Assembly: GCA_038106515.1 (NCBI GenBank) | Contig: JAYODZ010000001.1 | Coordinates: forward strand, 1-52,288 | Source: Rhodobiaceae bacterium | GTDB taxonomy: Bacteria > Pseudomonadota > Alphaproteobacteria > RS24 | Direction of reading: 5' to 3' | Length of the DNA: 52,288 nt | In this document: positions 50,419 through 52,288 of the stretch, piece by piece | Layout: every line of letters starts with the position of its first letter | Position numbering within the stretch: position 1 is the first letter of the stretch | Notes under the pieces: model-generated | The model's input: only the letters and a program-made list of their open reading frames with translations | Told to the model about the DNA's origin: nothing | Databases searched by the model: none | Made by a program: the position numbers and the translations under genes

Positions 50419-52288
50419 TTAGAAGCTTTTGCTTATTTTGAGGCCAATTTGGCGGCCTTTTCTAAATGACACAAATGGTCCGCGAGGTGAGCCATTGTCA
50501 ATACCTAGGCCGCTGCCTATGCGGGCAGAGCCTTGACCGAGGTCAAACCAACGCGTGCCCATAGCAATCGAGTCCTCGTCTGTCAGGTTGCGTCCGAACA
50601 GGCGAATATCCCAGCTATCGCCGCGGAGACCCATTTGAGCGCCAACAAGTGTCGAGCTACCCGTTTCCAATCCATTATGAACTTGAACGAATTTTGATGA
50701 CTCGTAGGCCGCGTCGGCATTGATGTAGAACACGCGACCGCCCGCCATGGGGAAGTCCATCTGGACATAAGCGCCCAACTGCTCTTCCGCTGTCATCGGC
50801 GCTTGCTTGCCGGCAAGAGAACAATTACCAGCTCCAGCCTGATAGCGGTTATCAGGATCGTTTGACGGCGTTAAGCCACCATCTCCGGATACCGCATAGC
50901 GGTTCCATGTTGAGGGATCGTTGATATCAAACGGGGCCATGGTGAAGCCACCCGAGGTCAGGGTGAATTGCATTTCATCGCAACCTTTGACAATTTCAGC
51001 ATCCGTGTAGGCGTAATTGAGACCAATGCGGACATTATCGCTAGCACGCAGAGACATATCGAATTCAAGCCCCTTAATCTCGACATCACCTTGGTTGGTT
51101 ACAATCGAATTAACCGAGTTGCCGACGGCAGATTGTACTGGCGTTGTAAGTTGATATTTGGTGATATCGTTCGAATAAGCCGACAGGTTCGCTGTCATAC
51201 GGCCATCGAGCAAAGTGGTTTTAACACCCAGTTCTAAAGCCTCTACTTCTTCCTCGTCATAATTGGGCTTGCCGACCGCGGCTCCTGACGTCCCGTTCAG
51301 GCCGCCAGGTTTGGTGCCTTCGGAATAGCTGGCATATAGCATCATGTCATCGGTTGCTTTGTAATTAAATACAGCTCGCGGCGAGAAAGTGTCGAATGAG
51401 ACCGAAATCGGATTGGCACCGATATCGAAACGTGTTTTTTCTTCCTCTGAATAGCGACCCTCAAAAGCAACGGATAATTTATCAGAAACGTCTACCTCAA
51501 CCATGCCGAATACGGCGTCATTGGTAATTTCATCGCCGTTATTATCGACCGAAGCAGGCTTCACGAGATCATAATTGGTTTGGTATCGCTCATACTCATA
51601 GCTGAAAAGGCCCGCTAAATAGCGAACTTTCTGATCCGTTGGCGAAGAAATAATCAACTCCAGAGCCGTGTCTTCATATTCATCAAGATCCGTCACGTTA
51701 AACAAATCATTGCCTTGGCCGTATAAGGCCAACCGTTGGGCGGGCGTAACTGACGGTGCGAAGGTTAAGTAATTAAAGCGAAATGCGCCGCCAGAAAAAT
51801 GATCCGAATCCGCACCTGTGATGCGATCTTCGGTCATGTGAGACAGGCGAGCCGAGAGATCGTGCCCCCCAATCTCCGTGTCCAGCACCAGCGACATGTG
51901 GGTCATTTCACGATCAACGCCAAGGAACGGCGTTCCGTCAACGTCTTGCGTAGCATATTGTGGTTGTTTAACAACGCCACAATAATATTGATATTCGTTA
52001 TTGTCGGCCCCTCGGCGATATCTGTTCGAGCGATATCCGGGGTAGCAGTTATTTTCCGATGAGCGTTGGAGGGCGAAAGGCCGTGGGCCATCATCGTCTT
52101 CCGTGTAAAGAATGCGAGCGGTGATCTTTGTCACATCAGAAAGCTGGAATGTCAGCGCGCCGTTGACGGTGGTGTTTTTTTCGTCACCCAACAGCTTATT
52201 ATTGTTGGCGGCGTTTCTGAATTCACCACCATACTCGTTGGTCTTCATCGACAAGAGAGCAAAAACATTGTCAGAGATGGGCCCTGAT
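50419..52288 (-). CDS. TonB-dependent outer-membrane receptor, C-terminal barrel portion (N-terminus lies beyond the window)
   Basis: Beta-barrel-type sequence ending ...GLKISKSF with terminal Phe. No plug domain or signal peptide is present. The frame stays open upstream of the ORF-track TTG start, all the way to position 52288. Confidence 0.85.
   Translation of the reverse strand, partial: SGPISDNVFALLSMKTNEYGGEFRNAANNNKLLGDEKNTTVNGALTFQLSDVTKITARILYTEDDDGPRPFALQRSSENNCYPGYRSNRYRRGADNNEYQYYCGVVKQPQYATQDVDGTPFLGVDREMTHMSLVLDTEIGGHDLSARLSHMTEDRITGADSDHFSGGAFRFNYLTFAPSVTPAQRLALYGQGNDLFNVTDLDEYEDTALELIISSPTDQKVRYLAGLFSYEYERYQTNYDLVKPASVDNNGDEITNDAVFGMVEVDVSDKLSVAFEGRYSEEEKTRFDIGANPISVSFDTFSPRAVFNYKATDDMMLYASYSEGTKPGGLNGTSGAAVGKPNYDEEEVEALELGVKTTLLDGRMTANLSAYSNDITKYQLTTPVQSAVGNSVNSIVTNQGDVEIKGLEFDMSLRASDNVRIGLNYAYTDAEIVKGCDEMQFTLTSGGFTMAPFDINDPSTWNRYAVSGDGGLTPSNDPDNRYQAGAGNCSLAGKQAPMTAEEQLGAYVQMDFPMAGGRVFYINADAAYESSKFVQVHNGLETGSSTLVGAQMGLRGDSWDIRLFGRNLTDEDSIAMGTRWFDLGQGSARIGSGLGIDNGSPRGPFVSFRKGRQIGLKISKSF

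Noticed and set aside
38901-52288. att-type direct repeat of the tRNA-Gly 3-prime end, plus integrase, transposase, CRISPR or defence genes
   Set aside because: Scanning by eye found no copy of the GTTCGAATCTCATCGCCCGC segment. None of the ORFs has integrase, transposase, Cas, restriction or toxin-antitoxin signatures. A computational repeat search is still advisable.

Overview
The window reads as an alphaproteobacterial chromosome segment that spans the replication origin. The identification rests on gene content and synteny, not on a computed search.

Core region, 1-38.9 kb. It is densely packed with housekeeping genes, in this order:
- hisF(partial)-hisA-hisH-hisB, an Smr-domain protein, a Tim44-like protein, fxsA and secB.
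- The conserved origin-flanking operon dnaQ-coaE-aroE-maf-PDRP(DUF299) on the minus strand.
- An AT-rich gap of about 400 bp carrying DnaA boxes, which I call oriC.
- hemE-hemJ-rho on the plus strand, a dienelactone hydrolase and a YyaL-like thioredoxin-domain protein.
- mnmE-mnmG-rsmG-parA-parB, with two perfect parS palindromes.
- holA-lptE-leuS, a DUF3576 lipoprotein, a ThiE-like protein, YggS, an L,D-transpeptidase-fold protein and an orphan OmpR-family response regulator.
- Two hotdog thioesterases, xthA, an acidic unknown protein, lolA, ftsK, an aminotransferase, amtB and a UbiH-like monooxygenase.
- A Trm112-like mini-ORF that the ORF track missed, a LON-domain protein and a thioredoxin-TPR protein.

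Accessory region, 38.9-52.3 kb. After tRNA-Gly(GCC) at 38826-38900 the gene content changes. This stretch holds:
- An operon of a long SAM methyltransferase, a small helical protein, a polytopic membrane protein, an EthD-like protein and an SDR.
- A convergent operon of a serine hydrolase, an FAD flavoprotein and an MmgE/PrpD-family protein.
- Two TonB-dependent receptors, a paralogue of the membrane protein, and a secreted DUF1838-like protein.

I found no CRISPR array, transposase, integrase, or recognisable defence or toxin-antitoxin module. The best candidates for undescribed biology are the tRNA-flanked accessory locus and its duplicated HemJ-motif membrane proteins. These are inferences from sequence, not demonstrated systems.
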